Source: Chlamydiota bacterium | GTDB lineage: Bacteria; Chlamydiota; Chlamydiia; Chlamydiales; JACKPQ01 | DNA: 64,000 nt | NCBI GenBank assembly: GCA_021772435.1 | Contig: JAJFLZ010000037.1 | Location: forward strand, 129,260 to 193,259 | Direction of reading: 5' to 3' | Shown: one piece after another, positions 46,535-55,762 of the stretch | Layout of the letters: every line of letters starts with the position of its first letter | Numbering within the stretch: position 1 is the first letter of the stretch | The notes under the pieces: model-generated | The model's database searches: none | The model's input: the letters and a program-made list of their open reading frames with translations, nothing else | What the model was told of the DNA's origin: nothing | Translations under genes and position numbers: made by a program

Positions 46535-47776
46535 ATGACACATAAGTATATTAACAGATTGATTAGTAACAGGTTAAAGAAGCTTTTTGCTAATTTTCCG
46601 TGTTTGGTTCTTATTGGAGCCAGGCAAGTTGGAAAATCAACACTTTTAAAACATTTATTTCCGGATATTCCATGTGTTGTTTTTGACCCTGTGCATGACA
46701 TCCAAAATGCTAGAGGGGATCCTGAACTCTTTCTAAATAATCACCCACCCCCCTTGATATTAGACGAGGTGCAATTTGTCCCTGAGCTTATTCCTGTGAT
46801 TAAACGCCGTATCGATAAAGATAGAACAAATTCTCAATATATTTTGACAGGTTCGCAACAGTGGGGTGTTCTAAAAAATGTATCCGAAAGTTTAGCAGGG
46901 CGTGCTGTATTAATGCAGCTTGAAGGATTTTCATTGCAGGAAATTGCAACTGTACAGCCTGATGAACCTTGGCTAAAAAGGATGTTGACTGATCAAGTAG
47001 CGTTTTTCAAAGAAAAGCATAAACGTCTTGACTTAACGAATACGTTAAATGGTCAACTCTGGCGAGGATTTTTACCGGAAACTCAATTTTTAGATGCCGA
47101 CATTATTCCTGATTATCATTTTTCTTATCAAAGTACCTATATTGAAAAAGATGTGCGTGTTTTAGGAAATATTTCAGATTTGCAGTCGTTCTCAAGATTT
47201 GTGAAACTATCTGCAGCATTAATCGCAAGAGAGGTTAAATACACAGATTTTGGGAAAGATATTGGCATTACACCGCAGACGTCCAAAAGATGGTTAGAGT
47301 TACTGATTCAAACCTTCGAGTGGTTTGAAATACCGCCCTTCTTTGGTAATGCTGTCAAACGAGTGAGCCAAAGATCAAAAGGTTATTTTTCTGATACGGG
47401 TCAAATTTGTTTTTCTCAGATGATTTCTACACCGAACGCTATCACTTCGCACCCACTTTGGGGATTGATTTATGAAAACGCGGTGATAAGTGATTTACGT
47501 AAACAAAGTTTTTTGATGGAGACACCTCCTCGATTTTATCACTGGCATGTGCACAGCGGTGCTGAAGTTGATTTGATTTTGGAGAGGGACGGTATACTAT
47601 TTCCTATCGAAGTAAAGTCAAAAACCCGCCCTACAAAAAAAGATGCATCTGGATTGGCTGCATTTCGAAAACATTATTCGAAAAAAAAGATTGCTAAGGG
47701 AATTATCATAGCTCCAGCTGAAGAAGTTTATGCAGTTACCGAAGACGATTATGTTATTCCCTGGGACTTGGCTTAG
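46535..47776 (+). CDS. AAA-family ATPase with C-terminal DUF4143-type domain
   Basis: LIGARQVGKSTLLK (Walker A) and LILDEVQ (Walker B). The ~410-aa architecture is typical of the AAA_14/DUF4143 family. Confidence 0.75.
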   Translation: MTHKYINRLISNRLKKLFANFPCLVLIGARQVGKSTLLKHLFPDIPCVVFDPVHDIQNARGDPELFLNNHPPPLILDEVQFVPELIPVIKRRIDKDRTNSQYILTGSQQWGVLKNVSESLAGRAVLMQLEGFSLQEIATVQPDEPWLKRMLTDQVAFFKEKHKRLDLTNTLNGQLWRGFLPETQFLDADIIPDYHFSYQSTYIEKDVRVLGNISDLQSFSRFVKLSAALIAREVKYTDFGKDIGITPQTSKRWLELLIQTFEWFEIPPFFGNAVKRVSQRSKGYFSDTGQICFSQMISTPNAITSHPLWGLIYENAVISDLRKQSFLMETPPRFYHWHVHSGAEVDLILERDGILFPIEVKSKTRPTKKDASGLAAFRKHYSKKKIAKGIIIAPAEEVYAVTEDDYVIPWDLA

Positions 47777-48974
47777 CAAGGATGCTCGCATTTGAGAAGA
47801 GGATGCAAGCAATAGCTAAATAGATCGCGTTGGTAAGAAAGATGACGTGGAGATTAGCTAAGCCGAGATAACTGCTGATAAGGGGAGCTAGGATCATCGC
47901 TAGAGCGCCGACTGATTGATTGAGACCGAGCACTTTGCCTTGGAGGGATGCATCGCTTTTAAGAGAGATTAAGCTGAGAGTGTTTGTCCAGGCAATGGCC
48001 GATGCGCCGCCGGCGATGCAAATAAGTGGAATAAAGGTAAAGAGGCGATAGGGAAAGACAGCAGCTAGGAGGCAAAGGCTAAATGTTGGCAATGCAAACA
48101 GCAGGATTTTACGATTGGAAAAATGGTTGATAAGATAGTGGTTTGCAAAGCTGGAGCTAAAGGCCCACACAATCCCAAGAAGGGCAAAAACACTTGTAAT
48201 GATGAGTGGCGTGGCGTTGTAGTCAAGATAGAGGAGGGGTGAGAGGAATTGCAAGGTGGGCATCCAGGCGAGCATGAGGAAGAAGTAGATGATGTAAAGC
48301 CGGCGAATTGGGCGGTATTCCGGTGTGGTAGCAATTTTTTGCAGATTGCGAAAAGGATGACGTAATGATTTTTTCCCTGTCTCCTTGAAGATAAACATGA
48401 CGATTAAAAGATTGAGAAATGTCAGTGCTGCTGTGATCCAAAAAGGATTGGCGGGATTGAAGTTGGGATTTAGGTTAGCGTTGGATAGTAATCCTCCAAC
48501 TAAAATGGCGATGATGAAACTTGACCCCCCTGCCATCATGAGCAGTCCAAAAGCTTTCGACCGCTTTTTTTGAGTTCCGTAAAGGTCTGCGAAAACGGCT
48601 AAACAAACGGTGAGATTCCCAGCAAAGAAGCCCGTCCATAGACGACTGAAAAAAAGCAGGGTAAAGCTAGCTTGCGAGATGGCATAGGCAGATAATGTAA
48701 AGCCGAGAATTTCGGCGATGAGCGTTAGGAAAAAAGCTTTTTTTCTGCCCCGTCGATCAGCAAAGCCACCGATAATGGGCGCTCCAAAAAATTGAGCTAA
48801 GGGAAAGGCTGCGATGAGAATACCAAGATAGATAATTCGGCCTGTGCCAATGTTGGATAGCAGGTGAGAATTTTGACCAAAGAGCAGTGGTGTAAAAATG
48901 GGGTACACAACAGCTAGCGCAAAATTATCTAGAAAGTAAACGGAAAGAGCTGCAAGGGCAGAGCGATTTTTCAC
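47754..48974 (-). CDS. MFS transporter (drug:H+ antiporter-like)
   Basis: 406 aa with about 12 TM segments. MFS loop 2-3 motif GGFADRRGRKKAF. Confidence 0.85.
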   Translation of the reverse strand: MKNRSALAALSVYFLDNFALAVVYPIFTPLLFGQNSHLLSNIGTGRIIYLGILIAAFPLAQFFGAPIIGGFADRRGRKKAFFLTLIAEILGFTLSAYAISQASFTLLFFSRLWTGFFAGNLTVCLAVFADLYGTQKKRSKAFGLLMMAGGSSFIIAILVGGLLSNANLNPNFNPANPFWITAALTFLNLLIVMFIFKETGKKSLRHPFRNLQKIATTPEYRPIRRLYIIYFFLMLAWMPTLQFLSPLLYLDYNATPLIITSVFALLGIVWAFSSSFANHYLINHFSNRKILLFALPTFSLCLLAAVFPYRLFTFIPLICIAGGASAIAWTNTLSLISLKSDASLQGKVLGLNQSVGALAMILAPLISSYLGLANLHVIFLTNAIYLAIACILFSNASILAKPSPRE

Positions 48975-48976
48975 GT

Positions 48977-49678
48977 TTAAGCTGGCTGCTTGTCACTTGT
49001 AAAACGGTAGCCGACGCCTCGAACGGTTTCAATACACTTAAAGCTGGGACCAAGTTTTTTCCGAAGAGCAGCAACGTGAACGTCAATGTTTCGATCAACA
49101 ATGAACGAATCGTCATTATTGACATCGCTCAGAAGTTGATTACGCGTTAAAACTTTGCCCTGGTTAGAAATAAGTCTGCGCAGAATGCCAAACTCGGAGA
49201 GGGTTAAGTTAATCACTTTGTCGTTTTTACGAAGAAGGTAACGGTCAGTTTCCATCGTAAATTCGTCGAAGCTGAGTGTTTTTTGCGCTTTTTCAGTATC
49301 GCGGCCACGTCTTAAAATCGCTTTGATTTTGGAAAAAAGAATTTTTGGAGAGAAGGGTTTGGGAACATAGTCGTCAGCACCGAGTTCTAACCCTAGAACG
49401 ACATTGAGCTCTTCGGCTTTTGCAGAAAGAATGACGACGGGAATGTTTTTTGTTTCTGGATGGCTCTTGATTTTACGACACACGTCAAATCCATTTTGCC
49501 CAGGTAGCATGACATCCAAAACAACTAAGTCTGGTTTTTCTCTTAGAACAGCGTTAAAGCCGTTTATTCCGTCGACTTCGACATGGAGCTGATATCCAAA
49601 AACTTCTGCTTGGAGTTTGAGTAGCGATGCAATATCTTCTTCGTCTTCGATTAGTAAGATGCGTTTTTTTTGACTCAT
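48977..49678 (-). CDS. OmpR/PhoB-family response regulator with intact phospho-acceptor residues
   Basis: ILLIEDEED, LVVLDVMLPG (acceptor Asp), ILSAK, PKPF. C-terminal winged helix ...TVRGVGYRF. No histidine kinase gene lies next to it. Confidence 0.9.
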   Translation of the reverse strand: MSQKKRILLIEDEEDIASLLKLQAEVFGYQLHVEVDGINGFNAVLREKPDLVVLDVMLPGQNGFDVCRKIKSHPETKNIPVVILSAKAEELNVVLGLELGADDYVPKPFSPKILFSKIKAILRRGRDTEKAQKTLSFDEFTMETDRYLLRKNDKVINLTLSEFGILRRLISNQGKVLTRNQLLSDVNNDDSFIVDRNIDVHVAALRKKLGPSFKCIETVRGVGYRFTSDKQPA

Positions 49679-50205
49679 GATTGTTCCCCCTTATGATCCT
49701 GAGACAATTGGAATGCTAGGCCAGCAAGTTCTTCTACGGTTTGTTTAATCTTGCTAATTTCTTCTATCTTTTGATTTTGAGCAGCGATTTTGTGTTCTAC
49801 TTCGGTGATTTTTTCTTGGTATTGAGACAGTGCAACTTTTGTGTCTCCAGATTTTGTCGAGAGTTCTTTTAAATCGCTGAGTGTATCAGATTGTTGTTTG
49901 CCCACTTGTTTGTATTGTTTTTCAAGCTGTGCAATAGCGATAGCTAGGGCATCGATTTTGGTTTGTTGCGCGCTGATGGCATCTTGCTTTAGACTAGTAA
50001 GGGCAAGTTCTTGATTACCTAATTTATTTTCGAGTATTTGTATCTGCGCTTGAGTTGAATTTAGATCACAACGCAGCTCTTCAACATCCGTTCTTGCTTT
50101 ATGCAACGCCATCTCTGTTTGGTGTTGGCTGTTTTTAGAACTTCCAGTAAGCGCTGCTGCACAGCTAGTTAAAAACAGTGGAATGATGAAGCAAAAATAT
50201 TTCAC
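49675..50205 (-). CDS. Coiled-coil lipoprotein in the CpoB/YbgF position downstream of pal
   Basis: Lipobox MKYFCFIIPLFLTSC, then ~150 aa of heptad-like Q/E/L/K sequence with no TPR part. The junctions overlap pal by 1 nt and the response regulator by 4 nt. Confidence 0.55.
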   Translation of the reverse strand: MKYFCFIIPLFLTSCAAALTGSSKNSQHQTEMALHKARTDVEELRCDLNSTQAQIQILENKLGNQELALTSLKQDAISAQQTKIDALAIAIAQLEKQYKQVGKQQSDTLSDLKELSTKSGDTKVALSQYQEKITEVEHKIAAQNQKIEEISKIKQTVEELAGLAFQLSQDHKGEQS

Positions 50206-50864
50206 TATTTTCCCTCGAATAATTTAAATTCAGCTCGTCGATTTTGTTTCCATGCAGCTCGCGTATGACCCATATCTGCTGGATGCTCTTTTCCATATGA
50301 TGTTGTAAAAATTTGATTTGGGCTTACACCGGCTTTAACTAGCTGCTCACGTACGTAATTTGATCTGCGAGTGCCTAAGGCTAAATTGTAAGCTTCAGAA
50401 GCGCGCTCATCACAATGGCCTTCGACAAAGATATAAATATTGGGGTGTTTTTTCAAATGGCTAGCTAACCGTTTGATTCCTTGTAGGTCTTTTTCTTCTC
50501 TCAAGATATGTTCATCTGTATTAAAGTGCATTGTTCTAAATAGAGCAGCGATCTCTCCAGCTGGCTTGACAAACATTTCGATGCCAGGAACTCTACCCTC
50601 ACCGGGACTTGTCTTCGGTTGAGGAACAGCGAGATGTGCTTTGAGATCTTCGTCTTTAAGTGGAATAAACTCTTCCTCGATTGGACCATAAAAGTCATCA
50701 CCTTCGGCTACCATGCGCGATTCTGATGTTTTGCCAAACAGGGCTTTTCCTTTTCTCTGCAGATATCTAGATGCTGTTTTCGTGTCTTCCCAAACGGCAC
50801 CCGATGAATTTTGGCAACTCGTTATGATGAAGCAAAGTGCTAGTGCAAAAAGCGTTTTTTTCAT
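50205..50864 (-). CDS. pal: Peptidoglycan-associated lipoprotein Pal (OmpA-like C-terminal domain)
   Basis: Starting at ATG 50864 gives MKKTLFALALCFIITSC, a lipobox. OmpA_C motifs: HFNTDEHIL, IFVEGHCDERASEAYNLALGTRRSNYVREQLVKAGV. Confidence 0.9.
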   Translation of the reverse strand: MKKTLFALALCFIITSCQNSSGAVWEDTKTASRYLQRKGKALFGKTSESRMVAEGDDFYGPIEEEFIPLKDEDLKAHLAVPQPKTSPGEGRVPGIEMFVKPAGEIAALFRTMHFNTDEHILREEKDLQGIKRLASHLKKHPNIYIFVEGHCDERASEAYNLALGTRRSNYVREQLVKAGVSPNQIFTTSYGKEHPADMGHTRAAWKQNRRAEFKLFEGK

Positions 50865-51001
50865 GGTATTCCTCTTCAAAAGTGATCCTTCACTCGCTGT
50901 AGCATTTTTAACTGTTTATTATTTTTTCCGCAAGCGTAGTCACTGTTTCGTTGTAAAACAAGGGTAATATATTTGTTGTCAGAGGTTTGAGAGCCAAATT
51001 T

Positions 51002-51028
51002 GCAGATGTAAAACCGCTTTACATCTGC
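51002..51028. repeat. Longest palindromic element copy (GCAGATGTAAA-ACCGC-TTTACATCTGC) in the tolB-pal intergenic gap
   Basis: 11-bp perfect arms. It starts 3 nt downstream of the tolB stop codon on the minus strand. Confidence 0.92.
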
Positions 51029-51030
51029 AC

Positions 51031-52341
51031 TTAGTGCTGTGACCAATTCGGATAATGCTTAAATCCAGGGCCAGATGTAATTTTAATCGGCTTTGCGTTG
51101 TTGATATGCACAAGATAGAGATCGTATACGTCGCCATCGGTTGTATTGTAGATCAAATGCGCGCTATTTGGTGCCCAGGTGGGGTTTTCTTTGTTGCCGG
51201 CACCTGTGGTTAGCTGTGTTGTGAAGGCGTCAGCTACGTTGTAAACCCAGATCTGACGAACACCGTCGATCTTTGCTGTATACGCGATTTTCTGTCCGTC
51301 TGGCGACCAAGATGGGCAAACACAGCTATTGTGTTTAGTTGTCAAAAGCTTTGCATCAGGCCTTTTGCGTGCATTATCAGGTGTGTCAATGAGGTAAATC
51401 TTGGGATTGCCCGATTGATCGGATACAAAAGCAATCGTTTGGCCATCAGGGCTAAAGGCTGGTGATGCGGTTACAGATTTTGGATAGGCGTAAATTTGTT
51501 TGGGTTTTCCCGATGGCCAGCCGTCGGTTAAGTGCTGCAGAAATAAGTCATTGCGCCCTTGATTATCGGATGTAAATGCAAGAAGGTTTTTGGTTTTGTT
51601 AATTGTTGGGTGGAATTGGTTCCCTCCGAGATGGATAAAGGATTGGCCTAAAAGCTGACCTTTTTGGCCCACAAATATTTTAGTTTGACCTGATTTGTAG
51701 CAGGCATAAAGAAAGTGATCGTCGCCAACTGCAATGGGAGTTAAGCTTTGTACGCCTTCTTTAGTCAGTGGATGAGGATTACCACCGTCGTAATCACATT
51801 CCCAAATCTCAGAGTCTGATCTTGTTTTGGTTGCTTGGAATGCATAGAGAATTTTTGTTGCTGCTATGCCTTGTTGCTTGAATATGTCTTGGAATATTCC
51901 ATCACTTAATCGATGAACCGATCTGCGATCATCACAGAGTCTTCCTGTCAGATCGATAGCTTTGAAATGTTTGATGACAGAAGATGCAGAAAGATAAACA
52001 GCGGTTTGCAGTTGTTTGTTCACAATTTTAGCTTTGATTACGTAAGGCGCTGAAATGTCTTGCCATATTTTGGGATAAAAAGCTTTTTGGTAGTTTTCGT
52101 CAGCAAGAGCAGTTTCATATTTTGGAACACGCGGCATGAGGTGTGTTCTGCCGTTGTGCTCAAAATCAAATAGTAGAATGCCTTCGAGCTCTTGGCAGTA
52201 TTTTGCATCAAAGGGGCTGTTATGCGCGTGGATTGCCGAGATATAAATCGGCTGCAATTGTTTTTGCGTTGGCAATTGCACTACGATTTCTTCTGCTGTT
52301 AAAAGGCTAAGGCAAAGAAAGAAAAGACATCTAATCATCAT
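51031..52341 (-). CDS. tolB: Tol-Pal system beta-propeller protein TolB
   Basis: Signal peptide. Repeated propeller blades PAFSPDGQTIAFVSDQSGNPKIYL, PSWSPDGQKIAYTAKIDGVRQIWV, PTWAPNSAHLIY. Confidence 0.92.
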   Translation of the reverse strand: MMIRCLFFLCLSLLTAEEIVVQLPTQKQLQPIYISAIHAHNSPFDAKYCQELEGILLFDFEHNGRTHLMPRVPKYETALADENYQKAFYPKIWQDISAPYVIKAKIVNKQLQTAVYLSASSVIKHFKAIDLTGRLCDDRRSVHRLSDGIFQDIFKQQGIAATKILYAFQATKTRSDSEIWECDYDGGNPHPLTKEGVQSLTPIAVGDDHFLYACYKSGQTKIFVGQKGQLLGQSFIHLGGNQFHPTINKTKNLLAFTSDNQGRNDLFLQHLTDGWPSGKPKQIYAYPKSVTASPAFSPDGQTIAFVSDQSGNPKIYLIDTPDNARKRPDAKLLTTKHNSCVCPSWSPDGQKIAYTAKIDGVRQIWVYNVADAFTTQLTTGAGNKENPTWAPNSAHLIYNTTDGDVYDLYLVHINNAKPIKITSGPGFKHYPNWSQH

Positions 52342-52936
52342 GGCAAAACGTTAGGGTAAAGGTGTGTTGTTTTTTTCCTGAAAGCTCCGCTGTAAACATT
52401 GGAAACCGCATTTTTGGAATTTCTATTTCCAGGTAAGTGGCATTGTCAGGGCTTTTTGATGATAACACTTTGACTTCAATCACTTCACCTGAATTTTTCA
52501 ATGTCACCTCTAGTCGCACATCTCCTTCTTCTGGCAGATGCAATGCACTTTTGAGTTTTTGCACCAAAAGCTGTGGATATTGAGGTTTTACTTTTGGTTT
52601 TTCAACGGGTTCAAGAGCTACTTTTTTTTGGTCTTTTTGCGCTTTAGCCGTTTGCGTACTTTGCTTTTTGTTATCTTTCTTTTTTTCTATTTTGGCAATA
52701 TTCTTCTGCACCTCACTCATCACATCGCTAGCTTTTTTACGTGCAGGCTTTGCAGGTTTAGCTTTAGGTTGCACTAATTCTTTTGGCTGGGCAATTGCGG
52801 GCTTGGGCAGGAGGTATGTTTTGACAGCAATGAGTGTTGGTTGACTGACGGGTTTAGTTTTTATTGAGACCATGGCAAATAGCAACACACCCAAGTGGGC
52901 AGCTACAACAAAATAGATAATCTTTTTCAACATCAT
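52331..52936 (-). CDS. TolA/TonB-like energy-transducer protein
   Basis: N-terminal TM IIYFVVAAHLGVLLFAMV, a Lys/Pro-rich linker (PKELVQPKAKPAKPARKK...KPKVKPQYP), and a ~70-aa C-terminal domain. It sits between tolR and tolB. Confidence 0.65.
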   Translation of the reverse strand: MMLKKIIYFVVAAHLGVLLFAMVSIKTKPVSQPTLIAVKTYLLPKPAIAQPKELVQPKAKPAKPARKKASDVMSEVQKNIAKIEKKKDNKKQSTQTAKAQKDQKKVALEPVEKPKVKPQYPQLLVQKLKSALHLPEEGDVRLEVTLKNSGEVIEVKVLSSKSPDNATYLEIEIPKMRFPMFTAELSGKKQHTFTLTFCHDD

Positions 52937-53325
52937 TTTGGTTTCAAGATTAAATCGAGCTCATCAAATCCAGCTGTCTGAGCCGCATTTTTTATCGCTT
53001 GAAAAGTGCCAAATGGCGCTTCCTTATCGTGGAATAGTTGGGGTCGCTCGTCTGGATACTGAGACTTTAAACTTTTTAGGTATGCAGATAGGTTTTCTAA
53101 TTTTACAGGCATTCCATCGAGAAGGACAGTATTATCTTTTCGCACGACAATGGATATGGGACTTTTTTCTTTTAGCTGAAGCACTTGTTCATCTTTCAAG
53201 GGCTTAGCTTCTGCTAAGGCAACCTTCTCCACATCTAGCAGCGGTGCAATTAAAATAAAAACGATTAAAACAACAAAAACAACGTCGATCAAAGGCGTGA
53301 GATTAACATCGGGATCATCTGTCAT
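52933..53325 (-). CDS. tolR: TolR/ExbD biopolymer transport protein
   Basis: 130 aa. DVNLTPLIDVVFVVLIVFILIAPL is the ExbD/TolR signature TM region. Confidence 0.88.
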   Translation of the reverse strand: MTDDPDVNLTPLIDVVFVVLIVFILIAPLLDVEKVALAEAKPLKDEQVLQLKEKSPISIVVRKDNTVLLDGMPVKLENLSAYLKSLKSQYPDERPQLFHDKEAPFGTFQAIKNAAQTAGFDELDLILKPK

Positions 53326-54038
53326 TTGAGATCGACTTGGCGGTATTGCAGTTCTACTTGAGATGTGAGATAGCTGCCAAAATCTTCCATCTCTTTGGAG
53401 TAATGCTTAATGGTATTTTTTAAGTAGTTGTAGCCGACTAAAGCCGGAATGGCAATAAGTAAACCCAGCACGGTCGTTGTTAGGGCAGTCGATAGTCCGC
53501 CTAAAAGAGCGGTGCTTGATCCAAGCGATGCGCCGCCTTGCAACTCGTTAAATGCGACTAAAATTCCCCACACCGTTCCAAGTAAACCTAAAAAAGGCGC
53601 TAACGTTACAATCGTTGATAAAATGAAGAGGTTTTTCTCTAGCTCTTTACAGCTCTTTGCAATGGAGGCACTGACATCATTTTGCACAGCATGGACATCG
53701 GTATTCGATAAGTAAACAGGTGCATTTGAACTCTTCTGAAAATATTGGTTTTTAGCTAAAAAATCCTGGGTTTTTTTCTTGAGTGAAAAATAGATGCTTT
53801 TAAAGGGATGGGGGGTGTCTGTCTTTGGCATGTGATGCTCTTTCAAGTGAAAAAGATTCTCTTTTTGCTCTTTGATAAAGCTTGCAAATTGCATCGATCC
53901 CGCTTCAATTTTTTTTAGCAGAAGAAACTTATGCACTAATATGACCCACGACACGATCGAAAGGGCGAATAAACTTAGAAAAATTAACTTACCAAAGCCG
54001 TCTGCTGTTGCAAAAGCTGTTAAAAAAGGACTCATCAT
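53322..54038 (-). CDS. tolQ: TolQ/ExbB proton-channel protein
   Basis: 238 aa with 3 TM segments. APFLGLLGTVWGILVAFNEL is the MotA/TolQ/ExbB signature. Confidence 0.9.
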   Translation of the reverse strand: MMSPFLTAFATADGFGKLIFLSLFALSIVSWVILVHKFLLLKKIEAGSMQFASFIKEQKENLFHLKEHHMPKTDTPHPFKSIYFSLKKKTQDFLAKNQYFQKSSNAPVYLSNTDVHAVQNDVSASIAKSCKELEKNLFILSTIVTLAPFLGLLGTVWGILVAFNELQGGASLGSSTALLGGLSTALTTTVLGLLIAIPALVGYNYLKNTIKHYSKEMEDFGSYLTSQVELQYRQVDLK

Positions 54039-54079
54039 TTCACAAAACTAAAGGTTAAAAATGTTAAACTCAAACTACC

Positions 54080-54955
54080 ATGAAGCATCCATCCATCGCA
54101 AGCATCATCAGTTTTTGCTCATTAGATGAGCACTTTTTGCCCTATGCTATCGAAGCAGCTTTGCCTTTTTCCGATCAAATATTGATCTCGCTATGTGATC
54201 ATCGCTTTGATGGATCAAAAGAAAATAACCAAAAATATTTCGAAACCATCTCCGAATGCACATTTGTCGAATATGCTTTTTCTGATCGGCTTTACGGCAC
54301 AGAGCAGTTCATAGATCCAGGCAGTCTGCTTTATCACCACCACTGGCATAACACTTCCCGACTTGTCCCCACTTATTTTCTGGATTCCCAAATCGAATGG
54401 GTTCTATTTTTAGATGCTGATGAGATCATCGATACGGATCGTTTCATGCAAATGACCTGGGAAGAAGATGTTTACCGCTTAGCCTCTTATTGGTATTTCA
54501 GAGAAACTTTTTTACAAGCAACGACTTGGCCAGATAGCGCCGTTTTAATGCCCCGTCAGTATGTAACCCCAGACACTTTATTACATCCCAAAGAGAGATC
54601 GGGATGGATCAAGTCGCTTGGTGGTCAAAACATGGTGCTTGGTCAAGATCAAAAACCGCTTGTCCATCACTACAGCTGGGTAAGGTCAAAGCAAGAGATG
54701 CTTCAAAAGGTGAATTGCTGGGGGCATGGCAGTGAAGATAATTGGGAAGCACTCATCGAAAAAGAAATGGAACAAGACTTTTCCGGTACAGATTTTGTCT
54801 ACGGTTTTGATTACAAAAAAGTAAAACCCTTCATCGATCCCTTTAAACAGAAAGTTTATCCACAAGGCAATCCTTCAGTGGTGCACCGCGTGACACCCAA
54901 AGATATTTACAACTTAGAGGTACAAAGATGTTTTTTGACTCCCACGCTCACTTAA
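54080..54955 (+). CDS. Putative glycosyltransferase (DxD-containing, GT2/GT17-like)
   Basis: 291 aa. VLFLDADEII (DxD). The late motif VHHYSWVRSKQEMLQKVNCWGHGSE resembles the GT17-type (G.H.S......I..K...F.H.E) pattern. Weak call. Confidence 0.4.
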   Translation: MKHPSIASIISFCSLDEHFLPYAIEAALPFSDQILISLCDHRFDGSKENNQKYFETISECTFVEYAFSDRLYGTEQFIDPGSLLYHHHWHNTSRLVPTYFLDSQIEWVLFLDADEIIDTDRFMQMTWEEDVYRLASYWYFRETFLQATTWPDSAVLMPRQYVTPDTLLHPKERSGWIKSLGGQNMVLGQDQKPLVHHYSWVRSKQEMLQKVNCWGHGSEDNWEALIEKEMEQDFSGTDFVYGFDYKKVKPFIDPFKQKVYPQGNPSVVHRVTPKDIYNLEVQRCFLTPTLT

Positions 54956-55689
54956 CAGCAGATAGTGTCTATCCGCAAATCGATCAAATCCTAGAGCGCG
55001 CCAAAGCAGCCGGCATCGATCGCATCGCCAATATTTGCACTGACCCCAAAACGTTAGAAAGAGGCCTTACCCTATCTGAGCAAAACCCCTGGGTTTACAA
55101 TGTCGGTGCTACAACACCACATGATGTCGACAAAGAAGGAGCTGAGGCTTTTCCCATCTTTGAAAAAGCAGCTCGCGCTGGCAAACTTGTGGCAATTGGC
55201 GAAACTGGCCTGGACTACCACTACGAGCATTCAAAAAAGGAGTCGCAGCAAGATTATCTCAAACGGTATTTTGCCTTAGCGCAAGAGCTTTCTCTTGGAG
55301 TTGTGATCCATTGTCGTGATGCCTTTGATGATTTTTTCGCCTTAGCCGATAAGCATTACGCTCAAAAAAACCTGGTTTTACATTGCTTTACAGGAACGAT
55401 GGATGAGGCAAAAGAGGTCATCAAGCGCGGCTGGTATTTATCTCTTAGTGGCATTGTGACCTTCAAGCGATCCGAAGTGTTACGGGAAGTTGCCAAAATC
55501 ACACCTCTTGAGCAGCTGCTGATTGAAACCGACACACCTTACCTCGCTCCTGTTCCTTATCGCGGCAAGCAAAATGAACCCGCTTACGTGGTAGATACCG
55601 CCAGATGTATCGCTGCAGAAAAAAACATCGACCTAGAAACACTTGCGACAACCACATACCAAAACGCCTGCCGTTTTTTTCAGATCTGA
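54928..55689 (+). CDS. tatD: TatD-family metal-dependent hydrolase/DNase (YcfH-like)
   Basis: FFDSHAHL, IGETGLDYHY, VIHCRDAFDD, LHCFTG, LIETDTPYL. Confidence 0.92.
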   Translation: MFFDSHAHLTADSVYPQIDQILERAKAAGIDRIANICTDPKTLERGLTLSEQNPWVYNVGATTPHDVDKEGAEAFPIFEKAARAGKLVAIGETGLDYHYEHSKKESQQDYLKRYFALAQELSLGVVIHCRDAFDDFFALADKHYAQKNLVLHCFTGTMDEAKEVIKRGWYLSLSGIVTFKRSEVLREVAKITPLEQLLIETDTPYLAPVPYRGKQNEPAYVVDTARCIAAEKNIDLETLATTTYQNACRFFQI

Positions 55690-55762
55690 TCTGAATTTGT
55701 CTTTAAATAATTCCCATGATAGTGCTTTTGGCACTCTAAAGAATGGATGGCTTAGGTTCACG

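Noticed and set aside
47754-47776. 23-nt convergent overlap of the DUF4143 ATPase and MFS genes as a possible antisense-regulation site. Similar 3' overlaps are at 8228-8231 and 10006-10029.
   Set aside because: Short 3'-3' overlaps are common in compact genomes. Nothing in the sequence, such as a hairpin or conserved motif, singles them out.
1634-51028. Resemblance of the palindrome to the E. coli TyrR box (TGTAAA-N6-TTTACA), with an aromatic aminotransferase gene in the window
   Set aside because: The spacing here is N5, not N6. No copy lies in a promoter: four are inside coding sequences and three are at gene 3' ends. No copy lies upstream of aspC. A different DNA-binding protein remains possible.
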